Of a stretch of 64,000 bases of DNA, positions 37,872 to 49,672 are shown one piece after another. Every line of letters starts with the position of its first letter. The first letter of the stretch is position 1. Below the pieces are notes generated by a model that saw nothing but the letters and a program-made list of their open reading frames with translations, was not told the DNA's origin and ran no database searches. The position numbers were made by a program, and so were the translations under genes. This DNA is from Octopus sinensis (taxonomy: Eukaryota): positions 34,286,001 through 34,350,000 of the forward strand of contig NC_043010.1 in NCBI RefSeq assembly GCF_006345805.1. The letters are read 5' to 3'.

Positions 37872-38535
37872 TTAATCCTTTAGCATATAAACTGGTCAGA
37901 TCCAACCCAAATATTCTACCTGTTTTATGATCAAACCAGCCAGTCCAGCTTCTCACACCTGAGAATGATATTGTAGACAATATCATTCTCAAAATAAATA
38001 ATCACACCATTGGAATCTCAAAGCTACAAGACAATGCATGTTTAACCCTTTAGCATTTAAACTGGCCATATCTAGCCCAAATATTCCACCTGTTTTATGT
38101 TCAAACCAGCCAGATCCATCCTCTTACACCTCCCCTATGATGTCATTCTTAAAAACATCGTTTAACGTCTGTTTTCCTTGCTAGCACAGGTTGGACGGTT
38201 CGACCGGGGTCTGGGAAGCCAGGAGGCTGCACCAGGCTCCAGTCTGATCTGGCAGTGTTTCTACAGCTGTATGCCCTTCCTAACGCCAACCACTCTGTGA
38301 GTGTAGTGGGTGCTTTTTACGTGCCACCGGCACAGGTGCCAGGGGATGCTGGCAGCGGCCACGATCGGTTGGTGCTTTTTACGTGCCACCGGCACAGAAG
38401 CCAGTCAAGGTGGTGCTGGCATCGGCCATGTTCAGATGGTGCTTTTTACGTGCCACCGGCACAGGTATCACAACTACAATTTCCATTTGGTATTTATTTT
38501 GATGTTGATGTCTAATCTGAATGCTAAAGGGTTAA
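37872..38535. mobile_element. Two adjacent TTAA-bounded (piggyBac-like) MITEs, the second interrupted by a retroelement tail
   Basis: ttaatcctttagc at 37872 and ttaaccctttagc at 38042; gctaaagggttaa ending at 38535; insertion about 38155-38505. Confidence 0.65.
38155..38505 (-). mobile_element. LINE/SINE 3'-tail element (family E) with three internal tandem ggtgctttttacgtgccaccggcacag units
   Basis: tttaacgtctgttttcc...tgcccttcctaacgccaaccac; related pieces at 37350, 57665, 58950 and 63740. Confidence 0.7.
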
Positions 38536-38804
38536 TTGAAAATGATGTGTTAAAGAAGCATTACATTTGAATACTAAAGAATTGAAGGGTTAAGTCAAAA
38601 GTTGTAGCAGCAGTGACAGCAGTAAAGTTTTAACTTTTTGGCCAATAACCTCTCATGTGCCACAATGCAATTGTTCGACCAGCTACTAGATATAGCAACC
38701 AGGTTTTTCTCAAATCTTACCCTTCAGTCTTTAACACAATATTAAAAGAAACAACAACAAAAAAAGCACACATTGGCTGATGTAATTCTGGATATATCTA
38801 GAAG

Positions 38805-38835
<31 letters not shown>

Positions 38836-38995
38836 AGAGAGAAAGAGAGATTGGGTGGTCAGAGCTGGACTACCTTTGATTATAAGTCTACGTAATCAGG
38901 ACTAACTTGGGCCTAAGCAATAACAACAATCTTGCTGGAAATAAATGATTTTTTTTGTTAATGTGGCTGAAGCACAGTTAACCTGTGCTGCTTAC

Positions 38996-39051
38996 CTTCA
39001 GGAAATATCAATATTGGCAATTTATTTTCATCGTCAACATGTTCTTTTAAT
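38996..39051 (-). CDS. GPAT3/GPAT4: GPAT3/4 exon (R)LKEHVDDENKLPILIFPE(G), 56 bp
   Basis: AG/GTAAGC boundaries; FPEG motif III; phases fit both neighbours. Not in the ORF track; found by manual translation. Confidence 0.95.
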
Positions 39052-39309
39052 CTGCAAAGAAATATAATAATGGATTAGAGCTTGATCTAACAATATAAAT
39101 CCTTGAGATAAAAAAAAAGGGAAGGAAAAAAGAGAATGCTATTCTTGTAAAGAAGCTGCAACACAGCTTTTATAATAAGAAAATAAACCAGTAAGGGAGC
39201 TGCTATGTAGTTCCCTGATTTTTTTTTTTCAAAGCAGCAGCCCAACCCCTCTTAACAGCCTCCCAACTCTATGCAGGCAAAATGGGGCCTACATGTTTTT
39301 TTTTTATTC

Positions 39310-39750
39310 TTGGACATGGTTGTGCGGTTAAAAACTTGCTTCCTAACCATGTGGTCTTGGGGTCAGTCACATGGTGTGGCACCCAGGGCAAATGTCTTCT
39401 ACTATATCCTGGTGCTGACCAGAACCTTGTAAATGGATTTGGAGGATAGAAACTGAAAGAAGTCCATCATATCTGTGTGTGCGTGTGTGTGTGTGTGTGT
39501 CTCTTTATCTTCATATCATGTGATGGTTGTAAATGAGCATCATCATCAAACAAGTAATGCTGTTAACTTCCAGTTTTCCATGGGAAACATGTCTGGCCAT
39601 GGGAAATATATTAGTTTGCTGGGAAACAAATGAGGGTTGCAGGTTGGCAACAGGGAAAAGCATCTGGCTCTAGGAAATCTTCCCCAACAAATTTCATCTG
39701 ATCTATACAAGCATGGAAAAGTTGACATTAAATGAAGATGAAATCTTTGC
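39310..39750 (+). mobile_element. SINE with family-A head and an alternative tail ending catggaaaa...gacattaaatgaagatga
   Basis: Same composite also at 40385-40790, 37230-37760 and, reversed, 6480-6720. Confidence 0.7.
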
Positions 39751-40384
39751 ATAAGATGAGGTCAATTAGCCAAAAAAAAAAAAAAAAAAAATTTATGGGT
39801 GCAAGATGACATTTTTAAACTAAACCTTTATTGAGCAATGACTCAGATACAAAAAGCACAATCTAGAAGAAAACATTTCTGATTCCAACATCTAAAATCT
39901 GCCATTGAGTTACACCCATCTTTGTATCAGTGTAGCAGTTTGCAACAATAATAAATAAAAAAATTAGCATTAAAAAAAATCATGGAAATGTTTTTTAAAA
40001 CAATAAATCTTTTAGAGTATTTTATTTCACTAAGATTTTGCTTTTATGTCATTTCACAACATAATACACAATATGGAAAAAAAGGGACGTGGGAAAAGGT
40101 TTAGGAAAAAGGATGTTAAATGATGATGATGATAATGATGATGATGAGTGGAGGTGAGTGTGGTGGTGGTGGGTGCTTTGAGGTTTGCTTCTCAGTCACA
40201 GGAATTTGGGAAAGAAATAGTAATGGCTGTGCAACATATCAAGAAGCCCAGACATGCTTTCATGGGGGACTGCACGCAAATGGCACCATCAGTGAGTCAT
40301 TGCTTACAAACAATGAACACACATGAAGGTGAAGGAAACATGAGTTTAAACACACACATACACACACAGTAGGTACGGCTAGGG

Positions 40385-40790
40385 TTCAGGTATGGTAGTA
40401 TGGTTAAGAAGTTTGTTTCCCAGTCACATGGTTTCAGGTGCCGTCCCAATGCATGCCACAGGGCCAACCAAAGCTTTGTGAGTGAATTTCATAGACAGAA
40501 ACTGAAAGAAGCTTGTTGTGTATATGCATGTGCATGTGTTTGTCTGTGTCTCTTTGTCTTGACATTAAGTAAAACTTATAAATGAGCATCACTGCCATAA
40601 AAGCAGGGTCTTTCTGTTTCCATTCATCCATGAAAAACATCTGGCAGAAATGGAGAAATATTTCCTTAATTGGAAACAGATAAGGGTTGGCAACAGAAAG
40701 GACAGCCAGCAGTGGAAAATCTGCCTCAATTAATTCTGACTCATGCAAGCATGAAAAAGTGGATGTTAATATGATGATAAAGAAGACAAA
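40385..40790 (+). mobile_element. Second copy of the composite SINE seen at 39310
   Basis: Shared head, gggttggcaacag and catgcaagcatgaaaaagtggatgttaa tail. Confidence 0.7.
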
Positions 40791-40830
40791 GAGGACTTTA
40801 TATATATATATATGTGATCTGATCAATAAG

Positions 40831-41645
40831 TATCCAGGCTGTTACCATAGTAATGAAGCTAAAGAACAAGTGAAACCACTTGGCACAGATCAAACTTGAA
40901 CTCTGCTGTGCATGCGCACTATGTTTTAACATTCTAGCTCACTTCTGCTGTTTACAGCAATGCTTGGAAGGAACATGTGTAGCAGAGAATGTGCATCAAA
41001 TTTTGCCAAATGCTTGGTGATACCTACTCAGAGGCCTATGCAAATTTTTCAAAAAGTTTTCATCATTCTCGACACAATCAAGGAGATCTTGTGCAACTGA
41101 AACCCGAGTGTCTTTTTGGTCAGCTGAAAGCAGTTTTGGCACAAACTTGGCAGACACGCGTCTCATACTCAGATCTTCAGTGAAAATGGACCGAACTGAA
41201 CTGTAATTAATCTGCAAATTCTCTGATAACTCACAGATGGTAATTTGATGATTTCCCCTTGCAACTGTATGCACATCTGCGATTTCTTTCTCAGTTCTGC
41301 TGGTTGTGGGTCTCCTAGGACGTTCGTCACTATTGACATTTTTTTGGCCAACTTGGAAATGTTTGAACCACTCATACACTTGTGTGCGACTTATCTACTC
41401 CTCCCCATATATTTTCTGTAACATTGCGTAGGTCTGTGAGTAGGTATCGCCATGACAACCTTCCCTGTCATGGTTAATGCGACAATCACACACTACACAC
41501 GTTCCTTCTAAGCACTGCTGTAAACAGTCTAAGTGAGCTAGAATGTTAAAACTTAGTGTGCATATACAGCAGTCCAATATCAATTTGTGCCAAGCAGCTT
41601 CACTCTGCGAACTTTAGCTTCATTACTATGGCAACAGTCTAGATA
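40831..41645 (-). mobile_element. Mariner (Tc1/mariner) derivative with inverted duplicated 5' ends and an N-terminal HTH remnant
   Basis: TA-bounded TIRs (31/34 identical over the outer 34 bp); minus strand encodes YEWFKHF...DERPRRPTTS...RRVSAKFVPKLL; no DDD catalytic domain. Confidence 0.9.
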
Positions 41646-41914
41646 CCTATTGATCAGACCTCGTGTGTGTATATATATATATATGTATAGCATAAATTTA
41701 GATTCAAATGAATATGGTATTTAATTTAGATGCACCAGAATTTTGTATGGTGTTATCCATAAAAAATGATATGAAAATTTTTGTTATAATGGAAAACCTC
41801 TATAATTGGCTGATGAGTGCTCAGCATTTTAAAACTGTAGTAATACTTACAACATTTAATAAAATGATGTAGTACGAAACGATCGTACCAAATTACCGGA
41901 GTCATTCTTGTTGC

Positions 41915-41920
41915 TTATTT

Positions 41921-41969
<49 letters not shown>

Positions 41970-42110
41970 TACACACATACATATATATATTATATATAGT
42001 AATAATAATCCTTGGATGGAATTTATAAATATTTTAATGCAATGTGTTAAAATATTTATAAATTCCATCTATGGATAATTATTATTATTATTATTATTAT
42101 TATTACAATA
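41915..42110. repeat. (TA)n(CA)n and (ATT)n microsatellites
   Basis: Directly visible. Confidence 0.9.
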
Positions 42111-42419
42111 CTTATCCTACATTATATCAGCACAAATTGGTGCGACCCTCAAAAAACTGATATTGCCAGTTGGCATCATTAGGGTGTAGCTCACATTATA
42201 AAACAGAAGCTTTTATATGCTTTTATATTTTTCATAAATGAACTTAAAGGATATATATGGGAAATGGTCTTTTTTTAGTCTAGTTTTCACATTGGTTGAT
42301 ACAAGGTATAGCGGAAGATACTTTCTCCAGATGCTACGCAGAGGGATTGAACTTGAAATATGGTTGGGAAGTGAACTTCTCCATCACATAGCCATGCCTG
42401 AAACTATATATACACATAT

Positions 42420-42717
42420 CACCGTGATCACCGTGACCAACCAGGCTATCAGATGTTGCTACACATTGCTGGTCACAATGCGCTTCACATTGTTTTAGCC
42501 TTCAAATAATGCCACCCCGCTGGCCAACAGAAGAAAGAGTGAGAGAATGTTGTGCTGAAAGAGTACAGCAGGGATCGCCACCATCCCCTGCTGGAGCCTC
42601 GTGGAGCTTTTAGGTGTTTTCGCTCAATAAACATACACAATGCTCGGTCTGGGAATTGAAACCGCAATCCTACGACTGCGAGTTTGCTGCCCTAACCACT
42701 GGGCCATTGCGCCTCCA
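42420..42717 (-). mobile_element. SINE family C
   Basis: Reverse complement of the head at 22323. Confidence 0.8.
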
Positions 42718-42967
42718 AATATACATACATACACACACACACATATATATATGTATATTATATACATGAACATATATGCAGACAGGCATTATATACACTC
42801 ACACTACTTGCAACTAAATCATATATTCTAATCTTCCAATTTAAGAAGTCCTCATGAAGAAGGCTATAAGTGTTGCTTTATGTTTCCTCAACAAATAAAT
42901 ATTATAAAAAAAAACACACACACACAAACACCAAAAAAACAAAACAAAACAAATCAAAGACCATTAC

Positions 42968-43083
42968 CTTCGTGCTACTGCCTCTCGGTCTTTACTTTCA
43001 GAACGTTCAAACCAAATGTGTGCATTAGCTCTGGCCATGGCTCTTTGCATGATCCCCATGAAGCCACCCTGGGCTTGACCGAC
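42968..43083 (-). CDS. GPAT3/GPAT4: GPAT3/4 exon VGQAQGGFMGIMQRAMARANAHIWFERSESKDREAVAR(R), 116 bp
   Basis: AG/GTAATG boundaries; WFERSE motif II. Confidence 0.96.
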
Positions 43084-43744
43084 CTGAGTAAAGAGAAGTA
43101 ACATATAATTGATAATGTTAAAGATGACATGATAGTAATACTGGATTTAGTAGTTTATTTATATATATTGGTGAAACATTGACATTTCTTTGGGGAGAAT
43201 GACGCATGTCCAGTTGAATTGATACTACTGGTACCAGCTTAACACTCACCATTATTTAATTGAGTTTGCGAAAATAAAAAGTTGGTCCCTAGTAGGGTAT
43301 GAACTCTGAATATAAAGAGAGGTGCAGGTATAGCTGTGTGGTTGAAAAGTTTACTCTTCCAGGTTCAGTCCTACCTTAGAGTAGCATGTGCATGAGACTT
43401 CTACTGCAACCTCAAACTGACCAGTGCCTTGTGAATGAAGTCTTGTAGACAAACAGTGTGGAAACCAGTCTTATATAATGTGCATGTATTGATTTAAAAT
43501 GGTGCAGTGAGTCCTGTAACTTTGATAGAGCCAGTCCCAAATCTGGTTGAGAAATGAAGAGAGCAGTAGGCATGTTTAGCAACCTTGCACTTTCAAATTT
43601 CCAATATTGTTACTGAAACACCCCCACCCCAAATCATGTTGGTACCCCTATACCCCAAATAGTGTTGAAAGATTAAGGAGTTGTGTCCCTTAAAAAAAAG
43701 ACAAACAAAACAAAAATCCCATAACTTTAACAATTTCATTCTAT

Positions 43745-44231
43745 AGAGTACAGGATCTGACCTCTTTATTTCGAGGTACAGCTTGATGTCATCTGCATAT
43801 TTCAGCACTGTGGCATTCTTTAAGTTGGCATCTATGTCATTAACATATGCAACAAATAAAAGGGGGCCAAGAACAGATCCCTGTGGTACACCAGATGTCA
43901 TCTCATAGGGTGAAGAGTGCTGTCCTAGAACTGTGACAACCTCTTTTCAGCCGATAATAAAGGACTTCAACCAGTTATAGAGATTGTCTCTTACACCCAA
44001 CGCAGAGAGTTTCACCATAAGTCTTTTATGTGGCACAGAGTTAAAAGCCTTAGCAAAGTCCAGGTAAACAACATCCACCCAGGATCCGTGATCACTTATT
44101 TGGGTAATGTCCTCAAGAAACTCGATGAGTTGATTACAGCAGCTGGAGTTAGGAATAAATCCAAATTGTGACGGCTGGATGAGGCTGTGAGACTTCCAGA
44201 AGTTCCAGAGGGTTTCCCTGAGACAGGATTC
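43745..44231 (-). mobile_element. Internal RT fragment of the same CR1 family, inside a GPAT intron
   Basis: Roughly 95% identical by eye to about 10105-10610; TAT (Tyr) where the first copy has TAA; own TGA after FIIG. Confidence 0.93.
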
Positions 44232-44429
44232 CATCAGTTTGGCAACGCAGCTCAACTACAGTATTTTATTTTATCCCTCTTGGATGGATGAAAGACAAAT
44301 TGACTTTGGTAAGATTCAAGAGGAGAATGTAAAGAGATGTGACTAAGTACAGGATGAAATGCCGGCCATCACTAACATTTCAGTCACTTCATCACTGTAT
44401 AATTGTAGTGATAATAATAACTGTTTGTA

Positions 44430-45342
44430 ACATAGGCACAGGCCTCAAATTTGGCGGTGGAGGAGTTAGTTGATTCAACCAAACTTAATATTTAACTGGT
44501 GGTTACTTTATTGACCCAGGGGGAATGAAAGGTAAAATTGATTTTAGATTAGAATGAACCTAGTATGTAAAGAGGTAAAATAGATGCTGCCACATAGCTT
44601 TTATTCCAATGCTCTGATGATTCTGTCAACTCACCACTCAAGTAATAATAATCCTTTCTACAAAAGGAACAAGGCCTGAAATTTTGGGGGTAGGAAATAG
44701 TAAATTATAGTGACCCCAGTGTTTCATTGGTACTTAATTTATCAACCCTGAAAGGATGAAAGACAAAGTCAATCTCAGCAGAATTTGAACTCAGGTTGTA
44801 AAGATAGATGAAATGCCGCTAAGCATTTTGCTTGGAGTGCAAATAATTCTGCCAGCTCACCACATTATTATTAATAATAATAATAATAACAACAACAATA
44901 ATAATCCTTTCTACTACAGGCACAAGACCTGAAGTTTGGGGGAGGGGATAGTTGATTTCATCAACCCAAGTGCATGACTGGAATATATTTCATCGACCCT
45001 GAAAGGACGAAAGGTAATGTCAACCTCAGTGGAATTTGAACTCAGAACATAGCAACAATGAAATACTGCTAGACAATTCCTCCAGCATGCTAATGATTCA
45101 GCCAGCTTGTCACCATATTAATAATAATGCTTTCTACAAAAGGCACAAGGCCTGAAATTTGGGGAAAGAGGGCTAGTCAATGACATCGACCCCAGTTCTC
45201 AACTAGTATTTATTTTTATCGTTCCAAAAAAGATGAAAGATAAAGTCAACCTTGACGGAATTTTAATTCAGAATGTGAAGGTGGATGAAATGTTACTGAA
45301 CATTTTTGCCTGGTGTGCTAATGATTCTACCAGCTCACTGCT

Positions 45343-45381
<39 letters not shown>

Positions 45382-45590
45382 GTTTCAAGTTTTGGTACAA
45401 GGCTAGCAATTTTGTGGAAAAGATAAGTCAATTACAATGACCCCCAGTACTCAACTGGTTCTTATTTTACTGACCCCAAAGGGACGAAAGGCAAAGTTGA
45501 CTTCACTGGAAATTTAACTCAGAATGTAAAGATGGATGAAATGCTGCTAAGCATTCTGCCTGGCATGTTAACCATTCTGCCAGTTCAATA
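44430..45590 (-). mobile_element. Head-to-tail chain of five SINE B copies
   Basis: ~200-bp units each abutting an (AAT)n or (AAC)n tract. Confidence 0.85.
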
Positions 45591-45611
45591 ACAATAATAA
45601 TAATAATAACA

Positions 45612-45826
45612 ATAACAAAAGCACTCAGAGAGCGCAAACCTCCACCAAAGCAATACCAATGTCCTCTCAACGATTAGCTGGAGATGATTTTTAAAATGAG
45701 AATGTCTGAAATAAACTCGTCTGCTGTCACAAATGAGAATACTAAAAATGAACCTGACCGCTCTCAAAAATAAAGTAAAAAAAAACTGGAAAATAATCCA
45801 GAATCCTTGTCCAGTAGCTGATCAAT
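45612..45826 (+). mobile_element. 5' part of a Helentron/HINE-like non-autonomous element
   Basis: aacaaaagcactcagagagcgcaaacctccacca start with subterminal acctcc motif; shares aataatccagaatccttgtccagta with the piece at 46310-46650. Confidence 0.5.
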
Positions 45827-45829
45827 TGC

Positions 45830-46130
45830 AATGGTAGTCATGGAATATGAAGGTGGGTGTGCTGGCCATGTGTCATCTGCAGTGAGAACAGGAACAGTTT
45901 TCTCCATAAAAGATTTTTTTAGTTTATCCACTGATATAGTGTCTTTATGACTATTAAGGTCTATAGTGAAAAATTTATCCGTGTGTGAAAGAAAATGAAA
46001 AGGACCTGCATATGGTGCTGTTAAAGGAAGTTTAACAACATTATTGTGTACAAAAATGTAAGTCCAAGAAGTGAAGCTTCCTTCAAGGCAGAGCTAGAAA
46101 TGCACTTGTCAAATAGGTAAGAGGTTTTAA
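45830..46130 (-). mobile_element. Gypsy LTR-retrotransposon integrase C-terminal fragment
   Basis: Manual translation WTYIFVHNNVVKLPLTAPYAGPFHFLSHTDKFFTIDLNSHKDTISVDKLKKSFME matches the FVR..PL.PPY.GPF.V...DTVSIDRLKP pattern. Confidence 0.7.
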
Positions 46131-46309
46131 ACAGGAGCGATATATTCAAAATTGGTAAAACTAAAAATTGTCACAAAGATAAATTAAATTTATAATTATT
46201 ACTGAATATGTTAATGTTATTTAATTTCTGGACGGTTTTGCTACCATTTGTTTATGTAGTTTGATTTCTTTAATCCATCAATTTCTACTAATATAGAAAT
46301 GCAAGTAAG

Positions 46310-46650
46310 ATTAATAATAAAGAAATGAAAATAAAACTTTGGAAACAGCAACACCATCATAACTTACATGGAAACCATGAGTGTGCTTTGAAGGGAGATG
46401 ATCAAAGAAAGACTTGAAAGTCAATGTAAGATCTAATACTTCATGTAAAGTAAATATAACAAATAATCCAGAATCCTTGTCCAGTACCAGATCACTCCCT
46501 AAATCTAATTGGTTTGTGACAGTCACGAAGTCAAACATCCCTGAAAGTTTCATCCGAATCCATCCAGCGGTTTTTGAGATATCTTGTCCATGGACAAACA
46601 AACAAACATGATTGAAAACAATAGCTCCACCTTCGCTAAGGCAGAGGTAA
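46310..46650 (+). mobile_element. 3' part of a Helentron/HINE-like element
   Basis: tttcatccgaatccatccagcggtttttgagatatc...acaaacaaacaaac followed by terminal hairpin ctccaccttcgctaaggcagagg and a taataa flank. Confidence 0.55.
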
Positions 46651-47090
46651 TAATAATAATAGCTTCTACTAAAGGCACAAAGTCCAGAAATATAGGTGAT
46701 GGGGTTAGTCAATTAAATCAACTTCACTAATTGACTGGTACTTTGTTTTACCAATATCTAGAAGAATGAAGGATAGAGTTGGCCTTGGCAGGAATTGAAC
46801 TCAAAATGTAGTGGGTATGAAGAAATACTGCAGGACACTTTTTTGATGCTCTGCTGATTCTGCCAATCCATTGCCAAAGTGATCATAAATAATAGCTTCA
46901 AATTTTGGCACAAGGCCAGCACTTTTAAGGGAGGGGCTAAGTCAATTACACTGATCCAAGTGTTCAACTGGTACTTATTTTATCTGGTCGGTTTCAACTG
47001 AAAACAGGTTAAATATTTTGGCCTGATATGGCTGATTTGAAAGCCAAAGGGTTTAAAAAAAAAGATAAGAATGATAAATCGTTTACTTAC

Positions 47091-47181
47091 CATAGAATAG
47101 CAATTATCACAAGAAAGGATAATTACATCAATTGGAGAAGTGTGGTTTGCTACACAGATACCATTTTTGGCACGGTTTTCT
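47091..47181 (-). CDS. GPAT3/GPAT4: GPAT3/4 catalytic exon (R)ENRAKNGICVANHTSPIDVIILSCDNCYSM, 91 bp
   Basis: HX4D motif I (NHTSPID); AG/GTAAGT boundaries. Confidence 0.97.
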
Positions 47182-48837
47182 CTGAGAAACAAAAACAAAA
47201 GAAAATTCCTTGAGAAATCTGAACATTAATACATATTACTGAGGCATCATTTTACAGCCAGTTGCCTTTCTTCTTATTAACCATCAACTGTTTTTCAAGT
47301 ATGGGATCTCTTATTCCACACAGCTTTGAAAGCATAGAGTTAGAGAATGAATTGTCGACAGGGAAAATGACTTGTAGCTCAGTGATTTTCAGTGAATCCC
47401 TATGTAAACAATCATACAAACACATATGCATACACAGATATATAACTGAAACTCTGACAGTTATGATGATGAGTGTTTCAGTTGAACTGATTAATGGAAC
47501 AGCCTATTCATGAAATTAATGCTTTAATATTTATGTAAGCTATACAATTCTGTTTGTAAAACCACAAAACTGGTGAGATATTTGTCCCTAGTCTAAGTTA
47601 CAGACACTTCCTTGGCATTCCTGCTGTTAGAAAAGCAGTGAACTAGTGATTAACCCATTGGAAACCTGTAACCCACAACACTGTTGTTCACAGATTGGGA
47701 TATGCAATAAAATAATTCCTCCCAGATATTTAACTCTCTCATTTCTCACATAAAAGTAAACAGACATTTTAAAACCAACATACATTAACTGGGTTTTTTT
47801 TGGCAACTATTATTAAAAAACACAAAAACAGAAAAAGAAATAAAGACTAATCTACTTTTTATGTTTATATGGTTGCATAAATGGAAATTTTTTTTACTTT
47901 GCTGGAACAATACTTATTACATTATTTTATACATTATATCATAGTATATTCATTTATATTGCTAACTAGTCAAGCTTTAAGTAGGACATGTTTTTACTTT
48001 GTTGATTAGCTTCAGGTTAAACCAAATGGAGTTGGTTGACATTGTCATCAAAGGCATACCAGCAAATGACCATCCAGCATTTTTTTTTTGTAAAGACAGT
48101 ATATCTAGAACTACATTATCCATTGTGGATTTCTTTTATTTAAGATGGTAAAGTGTAATTAGAGGGAGATTTGGTTGCTATTTCTACTACAGAGTTCCTT
48201 CAGTGATTGTTGTTTTTATGTTAGTTTGGTTTATTGTTTATATTTTCAGGTTGGAACTAAATGGACAAACATATAACCAAAAGCTTTCCAAGCATAACCA
48301 TACCAGTATTTTGTACATATAGGATTACATTATCCTTCCATTTTTAAGACAATAGTGTGTGTGTGTGTGTGTGAGTGAGAGAGATAGAGAGAGAGAGATA
48401 TTTGAGGGAGATTAGGCTGCTATTTTCTTGCATAAACTCCTGTTAACTGGCTTGAGGTAGTGATATTAAATGAACCAGTGCACTAGGTTGACCTATTGGT
48501 GTGTAATCAACAAGCACACCACCTATACCTATTTCCAATATCCAGTAACTTGAAATGTCTGACGGGTCCAGAGACCTGCTCTTCACCAGCACTCTCCTCT
48601 CTCAATAGCAGAGAGTTGATGTGAAGTGGCTGTGGGAATGTGGTTTAGGACAGTGAATTTTAACCTTTGCACTATCAATGACACTAGCTCTATTACAGCA
48701 CAATACTACTACTACTGTGTAATCTTATTACTGCACCCAACAACACTATTACAGCAATACTCCACATTACAACACACAGCTCTAACACCACACTATAGAA
48801 CACTACCCCCACTCTACAGTATAACAATAGTAGTAGG

Positions 48838-48979
48838 TTGTTTTCAGAGAAAGTCTATCAAAACTGAAAGTATCTTTTCAGCAATTGCCATAAAAAATAT
48901 TTCCTTAATTTTTTTTTTCTGCTGAATCATTTATGTTTATTTGCATGTACAAATGTAAATTTGTGTATGTAAGTATATG

Positions 48980-49069
<90 letters not shown>

Positions 49070-49190
49070 CACACAAACAAACAAACAAATATAATTTAGC
49101 AGGAAAAAAAAATTAAGGAAATAAATATTTTTTACAGAAATTGCAGAATAAAAAACTTTCAATTTTAATAGACTTTCTCTGAAAGATTGC
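48838..49190. repeat. Foldback: ~85-bp inverted repeats around a (CT)n(CA)n core
   Basis: tttcagagaaagtctatcaaaactgaaag...ttccttaatttttttttctgctgaa pairs with ttagcaggaaaaaaaaattaaggaa...atagactttctctgaaag. Confidence 0.8.
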
Positions 49191-49282
49191 CATAGTAATA
49201 TACTGCACAACATTAATAAAATAAGGCACTAAAACTGTCACAGCCCACCATTAGATGTTTCAATATATATAGACACACATAC

Positions 49283-49672
49283 ACTCTTTACTCTTTTACT
49301 TGTTTCAGTCATTTGACTGCAGCCATGCTGGAGCACCACCTTTAGTCGAGCAAATCGACCCCAGGACTTATTCTTTGTAAGCCTGGTACTTATTTTATTG
49401 GTTTCTTTTTGCCAAACCACTAAGTTACGGGGATGAAAATACACCAGCATTGGTTGTCAAGGGATGTTGGGGAGACAAACACAGACACACAAATACACAC
49501 ACACATATACGACGGGCTTCTTTCAGTTTCCGTTTACCAGATCCACTCACAAGGCTTTGGTCAGCCTGAGGCTATAGTAGAAGACATTTACCCAAGGTGC
49601 CACGTAGTGGGAATGAACCCGGAACCATGTGGTTGGTAAGCGAGCTACTTACTATACAACTGCTCCTGCACC
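49283..49672 (-). mobile_element. SINE family A, full length
   Basis: Same consensus as 5444-5850. Confidence 0.85.
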
